A stretch of 64,000 bases of DNA from Pseudobythopirellula maris (lineage in GTDB: Bacteria; Planctomycetota; Planctomycetia; Pirellulales; Lacipirellulaceae), in NCBI RefSeq assembly GCF_007859945.1, contig NZ_SJPQ01000002.1, positions 410,279-474,278 of the forward strand, given 5' to 3'. Within the stretch, counting starts at the first letter, position 1; every line of letters begins with the position of its first letter. The notes under the pieces are model-generated. The model worked only from the letters and a program-made list of their open reading frames with translations. It was not told the DNA's origin and made no database searches. The position numbers and the translations under genes are program-made. Of this stretch, positions 1 through 10,508 are shown piece after piece.

Positions 1-381
1 GGCTACGAGCTCGACCCCGCGGTGTTCGAACGGCTCCGCGTGCAAGACCCCGACGCCAAACTCACCGCCACCCACGACCCGCGCGAAGCGGTCGCGGGCG
101 CCTCGGCCGTGTACACCGATGTGTGGGCCAGCATGGGCCAGGAGGCCGAGCAGGCGCAACGCGTCAAAGACTTCGCCGGCCACCAGGTCGACGCGGGGCT
201 GATGGCCGCCGCCGACAAGGACGCCATCTTCATGCACTGCCTGCCGGCCAAACGCGGCGAAGAAGTCACCGCCGAGGTGATGGACGGCCCCCAGAGCGTG
301 GTCGTCACCCAGGCCGGCAACCGCATGCACGCCCAGAAGGGCATGCTGGTGTGGCTGCTCGGAGCTCACGGCGACAGATAA
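1..381 (+). CDS. argF: Ornithine carbamoyltransferase, C-terminal fragment (5' end lies upstream of the window)
   Basis: Frame 1 is open from nt 1. Translation GYELDPAVFERL...HCLPAKRGEEVTAEVMDGPQSVV matches the OTCase C-terminal signature (HCLPA..GEEVT). Stop at 379-381. Confidence 0.8.
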   Translation, partial: GYELDPAVFERLRVQDPDAKLTATHDPREAVAGASAVYTDVWASMGQEAEQAQRVKDFAGHQVDAGLMAAADKDAIFMHCLPAKRGEEVTAEVMDGPQSVVVTQAGNRMHAQKGMLVWLLGAHGDR

Positions 382-473
382 AAAAAGCCCCACGACGCAA
401 GCCCTGACGAACAACAAGAGCCTCGTTTACGCCCCTTGGTCATTCACGTTCACGCAAGACGCCTCAGCTACGC

Positions 474-1196
474 ATGACTCAACGCCACGACGGCCGCAGC
501 GCCGACCAACTCCGCCCCGTGAAGATCGAACGCGGTTACCCCAGCGCCGCCCCCGGCAGCGTGCTGATCTCGATGGGCCAAACGATGGTGCTCTGCACCG
601 CCAGCGTGTCGGACGACGTGCCCCCCTGGATGCGGGGCAAGGGCAAGGGCTGGGTCACTGCTGAGTACAACATGCTGCCCGGCAGCACCTCGCCGCGCAA
701 GCAGCGCGACCGCAAGAAGGTCGACGGACGCACGACCGAGATCCAGCGGCTCATCGGCCGCTCGCTGCGGGCGTCGATCGACCTGGAGAAGCTAGGCGAG
801 GCATCCATCACGGTCGACTGCGACGTGCTCCGCGCCGACGGCGGCACCCGCACCGCCAGCATCACCGGCGGCATGGTGGCGCTCATCGACGCGGTCGCCT
901 CGCTCCGCACCGAGGAAGGCGGCCCCGTCGAGCCCTTCAAAGAGATGATCGCCGCGGTGAGTGTGGGCGTCGTCGATGGCGAGCCGCTGCTCGACCTCGA
1001 CTACCCCGAGGACTCCGGCGCTTCGGTCGACATGAACGTGATCGTCACGGCCGAGGGCCGCTTCGTCGAGCTGCAAGGCTCGGGCGAAGAGGCGACCTTC
1101 TCGGCCGAAGAGCTCGCCCGGCTGATCGAGCTGGGCCAACAGGGCGCGGCCGAGCTGATCGTCGCCCAACGCGCCGCGCTTAGCGTTTCGGCTTGA
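474..1196 (+). CDS. rph: Ribonuclease PH
   Basis: 240 aa. RPDGR, LRPVKIERGY, CDVLRADGGTRTASITG motifs typical of RNase PH. Confidence 0.9.
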   Translation: MTQRHDGRSADQLRPVKIERGYPSAAPGSVLISMGQTMVLCTASVSDDVPPWMRGKGKGWVTAEYNMLPGSTSPRKQRDRKKVDGRTTEIQRLIGRSLRASIDLEKLGEASITVDCDVLRADGGTRTASITGGMVALIDAVASLRTEEGGPVEPFKEMIAAVSVGVVDGEPLLDLDYPEDSGASVDMNVIVTAEGRFVELQGSGEEATFSAEELARLIELGQQGAAELIVAQRAALSVSA

Positions 1197-1290
1197 AACG
1201 CAGCGATCGGCAACGCATCGACCGCGGCCAGCTAGATCGGAGCGCGACTGCGGCTACGACTCCAGTGGCGTTCCGCCAACCGCTCAACGA

Positions 1291-4200
1291 TCAGAACTGG
1301 TTGTTGGCGTTCTGGCCGCCGGCGTTGTTCTGGTTCTGTCCGCCCGCGTTGTTGCCGATTCCGGCGCCAGCGCCAACGCCGCCGTTGTTGTTGTTCCCGT
1401 TGCCGCCTTGTTGGTTACCGTTCTGGTTGCCGCCACCGGCGAAGGTGAAGGCAGTCACTTCCGAGATGCCCGAGAAGAACGGCACGGGCGTGACACGCAC
1501 GTAGCGGCGGTCGGCCGACACGACGCCGGTGACCTGCAGGTTCGTGCCCTCGGGCAGGGTGATGATGACCGGCTGGAAGCCCACGCTGCCGCCGCCTGCG
1601 GCGAGCGCGGCGCGACGGCGTCGACGGTCGTCGGGCCGCAGGGCGGCGACGCCCGACGACTCGGCGAGCGACGAGAGCTGTTGCGACAGCACCGCGCGGC
1701 CGACTTCTTGCTGGCGACGGATCGCGCCGGCGAGCATCTGCTCCTCGATCGCCTCGTCGCGGCTCCCCTCTTCGACGTTGAAGACCACCACGGCGTCTTT
1801 GTCGTCGGCCACCTGGATCTGCTTGCGTTGGGTTTGCTCGTTCTCGGCGCCTTGGTTGACGGTGATCTCGACCGTCACACGGTCGGCGGTCAGGTCGCCC
1901 CACACCTTGCGGATCGCGACGCGGTACTCGCCTTCGAATCCACGCGGGCAGGCGTAGGTTTCGCTCTTGAGGCCCTTGGCCTCGGGGTCGGCCGAGTCGC
2001 CCAGGTTCACGCCGCCGCCGCTGGTGCGGGGTTCGGCGGCCGTGCAGAGCGTGCCGCCCGGCTCTTGGACGGCGATGTCGACGTCCGCCTCGCCGGTCCA
2101 GCTGACCGTCACAACGCAATCGCGGCGACGCGCCTCGACCAACTCGGCGGCGAACGCCTCGTGCTCGGCGGTGCGTCCCTCACGCTCCAAACGCTCGAGG
2201 GCCGCCTCGGCCAAGCGGCGGGCGGCGGTCTCGATCGCCTTCTGTTCCTCCGGCCAGGCGTGGCTCAGCACGCCGGTGGCGGCCCAACGCAGGGCGTCGA
2301 GGTCGTCCGATCGCTGCGCGGCTCGCAGGCCGAGGGCGTATGCCTCGTGGCAGAGCGGGTCGATCTTCACGGCCTGCTCGCAGACCTGGGCGGCCCGCTT
2401 CTCGAGGCCCATGCCCGACAGGAACTGGGCGATCACGATCAGCTCGTCCGAGCTCTTGCTGAAATCGACGGCCGACATCACGGCCCGCTCGATTTCAGCC
2501 TCGGGACGGCCGTCGAGTCGCATGGCGATCGACAACGCCTCGTACATCCAGGGCTGGGGGGCCCCGTGCCGCAAGGAGGTCTGCACCAAGGCGATCACGT
2601 GGTCGTATTGCTTGTCCCGCATCAGGCGACGCGAGGCATTGCGGATCGCGGCGTCCGCCGGGGCGCCGTCTTGGAACTGGGCCTCCCAGAACAGCGCCGG
2701 GTCGGCGTCCGCAGGAACGCCGATCTCGGTCGTCGGAGTCTCGGTCGGCTGGGCAGCCGATTCGTCGGTCGCTTGGGTCTCGGCAGCCGCCGTCGCGGGA
2801 GTCGCCGCCGTGCGGGTGAGGGACAACTCGGCCGCCGGCGCCGCTTGCGTGTCTGCCACGCTGAACTGACCGCCACCGCCGCCGCCGCCGAAGCCGCCGC
2901 CACCCTGACCGCCACCACCACCGCCGAGGCCACCGCCGCCGCCACCGCCGCCGAGGCCACCGCCACCGCCGCCACCGCCGATGCCGGAGACCTGCGGGGT
3001 GATGATCGGCAGCACGAGGTCGGCCACGGGGTAGACCTTCACACTGAGCCGGTTCTCGGCTTCTTCTTCGGTGGTGATCAGCATCATCTCGTCGGCGATC
3101 ACGTAGGTCAGCTCTAGCTGCTGCAGCATGAACCTCAGCGCCGAGCGGAGCGACGTGTTGCGCAGCTGCACGTCGACGGGCTCGTCGGGCCCGATTCCCA
3201 GGTCGTCGAGCGCCTGGTTGTCGAGCTGGATCTCGATGTCGTACTCGTCGCGAAGGAACGCGACGACCTCTTCGAGCGGCGTGTCGGTGAATTCGAGGCC
3301 GGCGCTCGTGAGCGGGTTGCTCAGCGCGGTGGCGATTTGCTCCTCGGCCCCGCTCTGGGCGCCCAGGTCGACCGCCTTGTACTTCTCACGCTTGCGGGTG
3401 AGCTCTTTCCACACCTCGGAGTCCGGGTAGACGATCGGCGGGTCGCTCGGGAATGGGATGTGCGAGGTCTCGACCTGGTGCAAGGCCTCGATGAACGCCG
3501 CCGCGCGAGCGGTGCGGAGCTCGCGGTTCAGCTCGTAGTAGCGTTTGTGCTGGCCCCAGGCCTGGGCCACAGCCGGCATCACGCCGTGCGGGTCGATCTC
3601 CTCGAGAATCACGCCCACCTCGTTCGCCTCGGCGAAACGACGCTCGTCAATCAGGGCGTTGAAGCGCTCGACCAGCTGCGTCTCACGCTCGCGGTCGAGC
3701 GCCAATCGGTCGAGCAGCATACGACGCTCACGGGCCGCGGCCAGCGCTTCTTGCCGCTCGCGGTCGAGGTCTTCCTTGATCGAGGCGGCCCGCGAAGCCT
3801 CACGCAGTGCGCTCGTCAGTTTGTCGATCAGGCCTGCGCGAACCGAGGCCACGAGCTCGGGGGCCCGCTTGACGTTCTCGAGCGTGAGCTTGAGCGATTG
3901 GATGGCGCCTTGCGGGTCGCTGGCGAGCGAGTCACGGGCGTCGACGATCGCGTTCTGGACTTCCTTCTCGAGCATCTGGGCGAACACCCGCTGATTCCGA
4001 TCGACCGCGTCGAGGAATCGGCCGTCGACCACCTGCTCGGCGGGCGGGTAGGCCTCGCCGCTCTCCGCCGCGCGCTGCGGGGCGATCAGGCTGAGTTCCG
4101 CCTCTTGGCGGACGGCCGGCGCCGGGCCGAGCACCTCGAGCTGGGCGACACGCACCGGCTCACGGGCGCCAATGCTTTGCGGAGCGCCCGTGCTCTGCTG

Positions 4201-5439
4201 AGTGGGGGGGGCGTCGCTCGGCGGACGGCTCACCAAACGCTGCACGGTGCGGGCCCGCGGGTTGCCCGGGTCGCGCCGCAACACGGCCTGGCTGATGCGT
4301 GCGGCGCTCTGGCGGTCGCCAAGAGAAACAGCCCGCTGCGCGAGTTCGGCCAGCCCGTCGGTGTGGGCGTTGATCATCCGGCCGGTCTCTTCGAGGCCGG
4401 TGTCGCCGAGCGTCGTGAGGGCGAGGCCTTGGTCCCGTCGCGACTTCTCGACCAGCTCGGCGAGGTAAGCGTTCGCCTCGTCGTGCTGGCCCAGGGGCGC
4501 CGTCGTGCGGCTGCCGTTGGCGACAAAGCTCACCGCTTCGGCGTTGGCGTTGGCCAAGCGGCCGATGACGACGGTGCTGCGGTCGCCGCGCAAGGGGGCG
4601 GAGGCGGGGTAGAACTCGGCGACCGAGGCGTCCGCCTCGAGACGTCCGCTCCAAACCACAGGAACGGCCGACCAGTCGGCCAGCGTGCGACCGACCGATT
4701 GACCGCGGCGGAGGTTCTCTTCGGTGGCGCGGCTCTCGCTGAGGCCTTCGGCCTGGCTGGCCCAAACCATCGGCGAATCGACGTACAAGTTGCCGCCGGT
4801 CTGGTTGGCCAAGGCGGCCAGCAACGCGTTGTCACGCTCCGGGCCGATCGCGTAGCTGGTCACGCTGGCGCGGGCGCCTTGCAAACGCTCGATCAGGCGG
4901 GAGAAACGGTCGGCGCCCAGCAGGTTCGCGGGGCTCATGCCGTCGCCCACGTAAACCACCACGCCCGGGGCGCCGGCTTCGGCAATGCGGTCGGCGGCCG
5001 CCGTGAGGGCGGCTTCCATGTCGGTCGTGCCGAGCGGCGTGACCTCGTTGAGTCGCGTCATCGCACGCTCGATCTCGGCGCCGTGAGCGGCGACCGGACC
5101 GTCGGTCATCGGGCGGGCCGTCAGGTCGGCGGCCATCAACTCGACTTGCTGCCCGGCGTCGAGGCTCGCGAGCAACGACTCGAGGGCGGCGAGCGCCGTC
5201 GAACGATAGGGGCCGGTTTGGCTGGCCGACGTGTCGAACAAAACAACGACACGGCTCGGCGCCGGGGCGGCGTTCAGTTCGCCCTCGGAAGGCTCGAGCC
5301 CGACGGCGAAGAACGCATCGCCCGCCGGGTGGCTGTACAAACGCGCGGCGCTCGCGTCGGCGGCGGGGGCGTCGGCGGCGATCGCCAGCATCGCCGCAAC
5401 GGCGAGTGAGAGTGCGAAGTAGGGACGCATCGATTTCAT
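1291..5439 (-). CDS. Giant secreted multidomain protein: N-terminal vWA domain, coiled-coil region, secretin-N/STN-like domain, poly-Gly linker, TPR-like region, N/Q/G-rich C-terminal tail
   Basis: ORF 1291..5505. The signal-peptide-like start MKSMRPYFALSLAVAAMLAIAADAPAADA sets the start at 5439. vWA motif VVVLFDTSASQTG. Segment IEIQLDNQALDDLGIG...LRNTSLRSALRFMLQQLELTYV resembles secretin N0/STN domains. GGGGGGGLGGGGGGGG linker. Tail GGQNQNNAGGQNANNQF. Confidence 0.7.
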   Translation of the reverse strand: MKSMRPYFALSLAVAAMLAIAADAPAADASAARLYSHPAGDAFFAVGLEPSEGELNAAPAPSRVVVLFDTSASQTGPYRSTALAALESLLASLDAGQQVELMAADLTARPMTDGPVAAHGAEIERAMTRLNEVTPLGTTDMEAALTAAADRIAEAGAPGVVVYVGDGMSPANLLGADRFSRLIERLQGARASVTSYAIGPERDNALLAALANQTGGNLYVDSPMVWASQAEGLSESRATEENLRRGQSVGRTLADWSAVPVVWSGRLEADASVAEFYPASAPLRGDRSTVVIGRLANANAEAVSFVANGSRTTAPLGQHDEANAYLAELVEKSRRDQGLALTTLGDTGLEETGRMINAHTDGLAELAQRAVSLGDRQSAARISQAVLRRDPGNPRARTVQRLVSRPPSDAPPTQQSTGAPQSIGAREPVRVAQLEVLGPAPAVRQEAELSLIAPQRAAESGEAYPPAEQVVDGRFLDAVDRNQRVFAQMLEKEVQNAIVDARDSLASDPQGAIQSLKLTLENVKRAPELVASVRAGLIDKLTSALREASRAASIKEDLDRERQEALAAARERRMLLDRLALDRERETQLVERFNALIDERRFAEANEVGVILEEIDPHGVMPAVAQAWGQHKRYYELNRELRTARAAAFIEALHQVETSHIPFPSDPPIVYPDSEVWKELTRKREKYKAVDLGAQSGAEEQIATALSNPLTSAGLEFTDTPLEEVVAFLRDEYDIEIQLDNQALDDLGIGPDEPVDVQLRNTSLRSALRFMLQQLELTYVIADEMMLITTEEEAENRLSVKVYPVADLVLPIITPQVSGIGGGGGGGGLGGGGGGGGLGGGGGGQGGGGFGGGGGGGQFSVADTQAAPAAELSLTRTAATPATAAAETQATDESAAQPTETPTTEIGVPADADPALFWEAQFQDGAPADAAIRNASRRLMRDKQYDHVIALVQTSLRHGAPQPWMYEALSIAMRLDGRPEAEIERAVMSAVDFSKSSDELIVIAQFLSGMGLEKRAAQVCEQAVKIDPLCHEAYALGLRAAQRSDDLDALRWAATGVLSHAWPEEQKAIETAARRLAEAALERLEREGRTAEHEAFAAELVEARRRDCVVTVSWTGEADVDIAVQEPGGTLCTAAEPRTSGGGVNLGDSADPEAKGLKSETYACPRGFEGEYRVAIRKVWGDLTADRVTVEITVNQGAENEQTQRKQIQVADDKDAVVVFNVEEGSRDEAIEEQMLAGAIRRQQEVGRAVLSQQLSSLAESSGVAALRPDDRRRRRAALAAGGGSVGFQPVIITLPEGTNLQVTGVVSADRRYVRVTPVPFFSGISEVTAFTFAGGGNQNGNQQGGNGNNNNGGVGAGAGIGNNAGGQNQNNAGGQNANNQF

Positions 5440-5972
5440 CGGGGGTTGCTCCGCGTCGGCGCCATGGCCGCTGAACTGGTTGAGCCGTCGCTCTGTCGAA
5501 GACAAAGAGAGACGGCCGCTCGGGTCAACGCGCCTGGTCGCTTAGATTGGGATCGTTCTGTTCCAGTCGGGCAGCTGCCTAAGGTCGGTCGAACCGGCGC
5601 GCAAACAAGCGGGCGCCGGCCGCAAACCGCTACACCTTGTGCAGTTAGCCAGATGCCCCCAGTTTATCCGGGGCGAAACGGCCCCGCCACCGGTTTCCGT
5701 GATTTTCGCCTACCCACCGAGGCCGGTTCTAACGCTTGTTCACCGGCTCTAGGCAGTCGTGGCGACGGCCGGATGCCGGTCGTGCGGGTTGTGGCGGCTG
5801 GGCACAGCCGCCCCCCATAAGCCTAGCATTCCGTGGCGCATCGGGCGTGAACCCCGGCCCATCAAGCTCACTTGTTGGCTAGAGTAAGGAGTCGCCCGAG
5901 ACTCCTCCCAACGGCGCCCAGCCCCACTTCTGTCGCTCCAACCCGCCGGACCGCCGTCCCGGCCGCCCCCAG

Positions 5973-7937
5973 ATGCCATTCCCCCCCACCCTGGCCCAGA
6001 TCGAGCCGGCGCTCCAAGACGCCGCCGGGGCCCTCGTGGCCGAGGCCTCGCTCGGGTGGCGCGGCCTGCTGTCGATCGCCGTGGTGGCCGGGGTGCTGGT
6101 GGGGCTCATCGCGCGTCGCAACACCCCGGTGGAACTGCTGTTCCTCGCCGGCTTGGTCATCGTGACGCTCGCCGGCGTGATCGACGCCCCCACCGCCCTG
6201 GCCGGTTTCGCCAGCGGGCCGGTGCTGCTGATCGGCTCGCTGTTCGCCATCGCCGCGGGTTTGCGCACCACCGGCGCCCTCGATTGGGTCGGCGACCGCT
6301 TGCTGGGAGGCGCCAAGACCGAGGGGGCGGCCCTGGGCAGGCTTGTGCTCGTCGCCCCGGTCTCGGCCGTGGTGCTCAACACGCCGCTCGTGGCGATGCT
6401 CGCCCCGGTCGTGCTCGACTGGTGCCGCAAACACAACGTCTCGCCCTCGCGGCTGCTCATGCCGCTCAGTTATCTGACGATCCTCGGCGGCGTCGGCACG
6501 ACGATCGGCACGAGCACCACGCTGGTCTGCAACGCCATCCTGTCCGACCTGCAAACGGCTTCTGGCGACGAGGGGGCGTACGGCGAAGGGGTCAGCGAGA
6601 TTGGCTTGCTAGAAATCGCATGGGTCGGCGCGCCGCTCGCGGTGATCGGCGTGGTCTACATGCTGATGGTCGCCCCGAGGTTGCTGCCCAACCGCACCGA
6701 CCTGATGCGTAAGCTCGGCGACAAGCGTCGCGAGTACCTCGTCGAGATGCTCGTCCAGCCGCAATGCGCGATGATCGGCAAGACGATCCAAGAGGCGGGC
6801 CTGCGGCGGCTGCCGGGGCTGTTCCTCATTGAGATCGATCGCAACGGCGAGGTGATCACACCCGTGACGCCGCGCGACGTGATCCAGTCGCACGACCGGC
6901 TCGTGTTTACGGGCGTGGTCGAGACGATCGCCGATCTGGAGCGTATCCCGGGCCTCGTTCCGGCGGTCGACATGACCTACGAATTCCAGCCCGCCCAGCA
7001 GACACGCCGCCAGCTGGCCGAGGCGGTGCTGTCGCGCAGTTCGCCGGTGATCGGCCGCACGGTGCGCGACGCCAATTTCCGCCAGGTCTACAACGCCGCC
7101 ATCGTGGCCGTGCACCGCAACGGCGAGCGGCTGACGAACAAGATCGGCGACGTCCGTCTCGAGCCCGGCGACACGCTGCTGCTGCAAACGCCCTCGGGCT
7201 TTTCCGACGCGCACCGCAACAACCGCGATTTCTACCTCGTGAGCGAGGTGAGCGGCTCTTCGGCCCGCAGGCACGACCGGGCGCTCGTGGCGATCGGGCT
7301 GTTCCTGCTGCTCATCGGGTGGCTGATCGCCGGGGCGTTGGTCGGTCCCCTGCTGACCGAGGGAACGGTCGCCGCCGCCATGCTCGACCGCAAGGCGCAG
7401 CCCGTCGTGGCGATCGCCGTGCTGATGGCGATGATCGGCACGCGTTGCCTGACCGCCTCGCAAGCCCGCCGCGCGATCGACCTGCAGGTGCTCATCACCA
7501 TCGCCGCCGCGATGGGACTCGGTGCGGCGCTCAAGCAGAGCGGGGCGGCCGATTTCCTGGCCGCCTTCCTGGTGAACGGGGTCGCCTCGTGGGACTCACT
7601 GTCGGCCTCCGCCACGCCGTGGGTCTTGCTCGCCGTGGTCTACGTCACCTCGATGGTGCTCACCGAGATGATCACCAACGTCGCCGTGGCGACGATCATG
7701 CTGCCGCTGGCGATCGGTGTGGCGCACTCGGCCGGCTACAGCCCGCAGCCGTTCATCATGGCCGTGGCGATCGCCGCGTCGCTCAGCTTCGCCACGCCGA
7801 TCGGCTACCAGACGAACCTCATGGTGATGGGCCCCGGCGGCTACCAGCCGAAAGATTACCTGCGCGTCGGCCTGCCGCTCTCGGCGCTAATCGCCACCGC
7901 TGCGGTGCTGCTGCTCGGACTGCTCTGGCCTTTCTGA
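5973..7937 (+). CDS. DASS/SLC13-type anion permease with two central TrkA-C (RCK_C) regulatory domains
   Basis: 654 aa. Hydrophobic N- and C-terminal permease halves. Two internal TrkA-C-like repeats (VEMLVQPQCAMIGKTIQEAGLRR...; AEAVLSRSSPVIGRTVRDANFRQ...). Confidence 0.75.
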   Translation: MPFPPTLAQIEPALQDAAGALVAEASLGWRGLLSIAVVAGVLVGLIARRNTPVELLFLAGLVIVTLAGVIDAPTALAGFASGPVLLIGSLFAIAAGLRTTGALDWVGDRLLGGAKTEGAALGRLVLVAPVSAVVLNTPLVAMLAPVVLDWCRKHNVSPSRLLMPLSYLTILGGVGTTIGTSTTLVCNAILSDLQTASGDEGAYGEGVSEIGLLEIAWVGAPLAVIGVVYMLMVAPRLLPNRTDLMRKLGDKRREYLVEMLVQPQCAMIGKTIQEAGLRRLPGLFLIEIDRNGEVITPVTPRDVIQSHDRLVFTGVVETIADLERIPGLVPAVDMTYEFQPAQQTRRQLAEAVLSRSSPVIGRTVRDANFRQVYNAAIVAVHRNGERLTNKIGDVRLEPGDTLLLQTPSGFSDAHRNNRDFYLVSEVSGSSARRHDRALVAIGLFLLLIGWLIAGALVGPLLTEGTVAAAMLDRKAQPVVAIAVLMAMIGTRCLTASQARRAIDLQVLITIAAAMGLGAALKQSGAADFLAAFLVNGVASWDSLSASATPWVLLAVVYVTSMVLTEMITNVAVATIMLPLAIGVAHSAGYSPQPFIMAVAIAASLSFATPIGYQTNLMVMGPGGYQPKDYLRVGLPLSALIATAAVLLLGLLWPF

Positions 7938-8118
7938 GGCGCCATTCTGAGGCGCCGCTCTGAGCCCTGTACCAAGGCCCTGTTGTGGGCCCCGTCCGTC
8001 GCCCGTCCTGAGCGGCCACCCCCGCCGGGCCGGTCGGCGCCGTTGGCGAACGATCGCTGGGTTTGTACCGTACAGACCCCACCACGCGAACCGCCCCCAC
8101 GCCGCAGGCCCGAGAGCC

Positions 8119-9258
8119 ATGAAAAGCCGCCGAAACACGACGTTTTTACTGCTGATCCTCGCCGCCGTCGCCGCGCCCGTCGCTGCACAGCTCGCGCCGG
8201 TCGCCCCCCAGGCCGCCGAGGGGCGTCAGCGTCAGTACGACCCGCGGGCGAACGATCGCCCCGCCGCCGAGATGCAGCTGCTCCCCGAAGAGCTGGCCGA
8301 CATCCGCGCGTACGAAACCGCGAAGCACAGCGTGGTGAACATCACGACCAAGGTGCAATATGAAAACTTCTTCGGCATCGCCGAGAGCGAAGGGTCCGGC
8401 TCGGGCGCCGTGATCGATCGCGAGGGCCACATCCTCACGAACAACCACGTGATCGACGGCGCCGGCGCCATCCGGGTGAACTTCTCCGACGGCTCGACCT
8501 ACAACGCCGAACTCGTGGGCGCCGACGCGGTGTTCGACATGGCGGTGATCAAGGTCGACGCCCCCGCCGACAAGCTCCACCCGATCGCGCTTGGGCAATC
8601 GAACAACTTGCGTGTCGGCCAACGCGCTTACGTGCTCGGCAACCCGTTCGGCTTCGCGGGCACGCTCACCAAAGGGGTCGTCTCGAGCCTCAACCGCTCG
8701 GTCCCCAGCCGCTCGGGGCCGAGGCCCATGGACGGCATGATCCAGACCGACGCGGCGATGAACCCGGGCAACTCGGGCGGGCCGATGCTCAACTCCTCGG
8801 CGCAGATGATCGGCATGTGCGTCGCGATCGCCAGCAAGTCGGGCCAGAACTCGGGCATCGGGTTCGCCATCCCCGTCGACCGCATCCGTCGCTTCGTGCC
8901 CGAGCTGCTCGAGCACGGCAAGGTGCTTCGCGCCTACCACGGGATCGTTGAACTGAACGAGACGGCCAACGGCATGCGGATCGCCAGGCTCGCCCAAGGC
9001 GGTCCCGCCGAGCGCGCCGGCCTGAGGGGCTTCCGTCAGATCATCCGCAAGATTCGCCAGGGACCTCTCGTCTATCGGGTGCCGATCGAAGACCGTGAGT
9101 ACGCCGACTACCTGCTCGCGATCGACGGCAAGCCGGTGCGAACCCACATCGAGTTCCTCGAGATCATGGACGCCTACCAACCGGGCGAGCGGGTCGTCTT
9201 TACGGTAGAGCGGCAAGGCGAGCGGCTCGAAGTGCCGGTCACTCTGGAATCGGTCTAA
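8119..9258 (+). CDS. HtrA/DegP-family periplasmic serine protease with C-terminal PDZ domain
   Basis: Signal peptide MKSRRNTTFLLLILAAVAAPVAAQ. Catalytic motifs TNNHVI, D..., GNSGGPM. PDZ-like C-terminus. Confidence 0.8.
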   Translation: MKSRRNTTFLLLILAAVAAPVAAQLAPVAPQAAEGRQRQYDPRANDRPAAEMQLLPEELADIRAYETAKHSVVNITTKVQYENFFGIAESEGSGSGAVIDREGHILTNNHVIDGAGAIRVNFSDGSTYNAELVGADAVFDMAVIKVDAPADKLHPIALGQSNNLRVGQRAYVLGNPFGFAGTLTKGVVSSLNRSVPSRSGPRPMDGMIQTDAAMNPGNSGGPMLNSSAQMIGMCVAIASKSGQNSGIGFAIPVDRIRRFVPELLEHGKVLRAYHGIVELNETANGMRIARLAQGGPAERAGLRGFRQIIRKIRQGPLVYRVPIEDREYADYLLAIDGKPVRTHIEFLEIMDAYQPGERVVFTVERQGERLEVPVTLESV

Positions 9259-9863
9259 GGCGTCGTGAGAAAGGCGTTTGTCAAGTGCCCCAATCGCGCG
9301 GCCCGAGTTCCCAAAACGGCGTGGGGGCTGCCGTAATCCGTGAATTATTTTTGCCGCTTTGTGCACGCGTTCCGTCTCGTTCTAAGACTTCTTGCGACGC
9401 CGCTAAAGCGTTCTCTAGCCAGTGATTAAGGGCCCCCTGCCCCCCTTTCGCAGGGGCCTTCCGAGGCGTGCTGTCAGCGCGAGAACGCACACCTTCCTGG
9501 GCAACTTTACCGGCTGAACCCCTTGTGCGGGCGCGGCCTACAGGTAGTTTGCCTTCTTCTCATCGTGCGTGGCCCTAAGGATTTTATTTCAGGCCCCGCC
9601 GATTGAGTCCCGCCGACGCGATTCCCCCCCACCGAGAACGTAGCGAGACGGATCGACCTCTGTGAGTCCCACGCCGCGCCTTAGCAAAGCGCGGCGGGTG
9701 GCGTCGACCTCAGCAACACCCACACCACGACGACACACCCCCGCCCATGTGGCGGCAGACTGGCCCTTCCTTCCGCGTCGGCGCCAGCCAGTCTTGATGA
9801 TTCGGCGCCAACGATCTGGACCGATCGTTCTCCCTTCCTGCATGGTACCTAGGAGAAGCAAGT

Positions 9864-10409
9864 ATGCTCGCAAGTTGGATGGCCCTGACCGTAGCGGCCG
9901 CCTTGTCGGCCTCGACTCCCACGACAACCGAAACCACCGCCGATTGGCAAGCCGATTACGGCAAGGCGTTGGAGCAGACCCGCTCCGATGATCGCCCGCT
10001 GCTCGTCGTGATCGACTCGCCTTCGGACGAGACGCAACGCGTCGACCCCACGCTGCTGGACCCGCAGAGCGGCAAGTTCCCGCTCGAGAAGTACGACCTC
10101 TGCCACGTCGACGTGACGACCGAGTACGGCAAGCAGGTGGCCGAGGCGTTCAGCGCCACGACCTTCCCGCACGTTTCGATCATCGATCGCTCCGGCTCGG
10201 TGATCCTGCACAAGCAGTCGGGCGCCGTCAGTGAGAAGCAGTGGAACGACGCCCTGGCCAAGCACGAGCGCGGCCTGCGTCGCGGCGAGGGATCCTACCG
10301 GGTCTCGAAGCCGACCGTTTCGGCCTCGGACATCACGGTCTCGGGTTACGGCTCGGCGGCGCCGATGCAGTACACCCAGCCGTACTGCCCGAGCTGCCAG
10401 CGCCGCTGA
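9864..10409 (+). CDS. Secreted thioredoxin-fold protein (hypothetical)
   Basis: Signal peptide. RPLLVVIDSP...FPHVSIIDRSGSVI pattern typical of thioredoxin-like domains. GGAGAAG RBS 6 nt upstream of the ATG. Ends with CPSC. Confidence 0.45.
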   Translation: MLASWMALTVAAALSASTPTTTETTADWQADYGKALEQTRSDDRPLLVVIDSPSDETQRVDPTLLDPQSGKFPLEKYDLCHVDVTTEYGKQVAEAFSATTFPHVSIIDRSGSVILHKQSGAVSEKQWNDALAKHERGLRRGEGSYRVSKPTVSASDITVSGYGSAAPMQYTQPYCPSCQRR

Positions 10410-10508
10410 GCTCGACACGCAGCTAAACAACGTAGCTAAACAACGCCGCCCCGCGGAGACATTGTCTCCGCGGGGCGTTTTTTTATTGGTGCGGCTGTGC
10501 GTTGGTGG

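Noticed and set aside
1408-5409. 569-aa and 690-aa plus-strand ORFs (1408-3117, 3337-5409)
   Set aside because: Antisense shadows of the giant vWA gene. No domain content.
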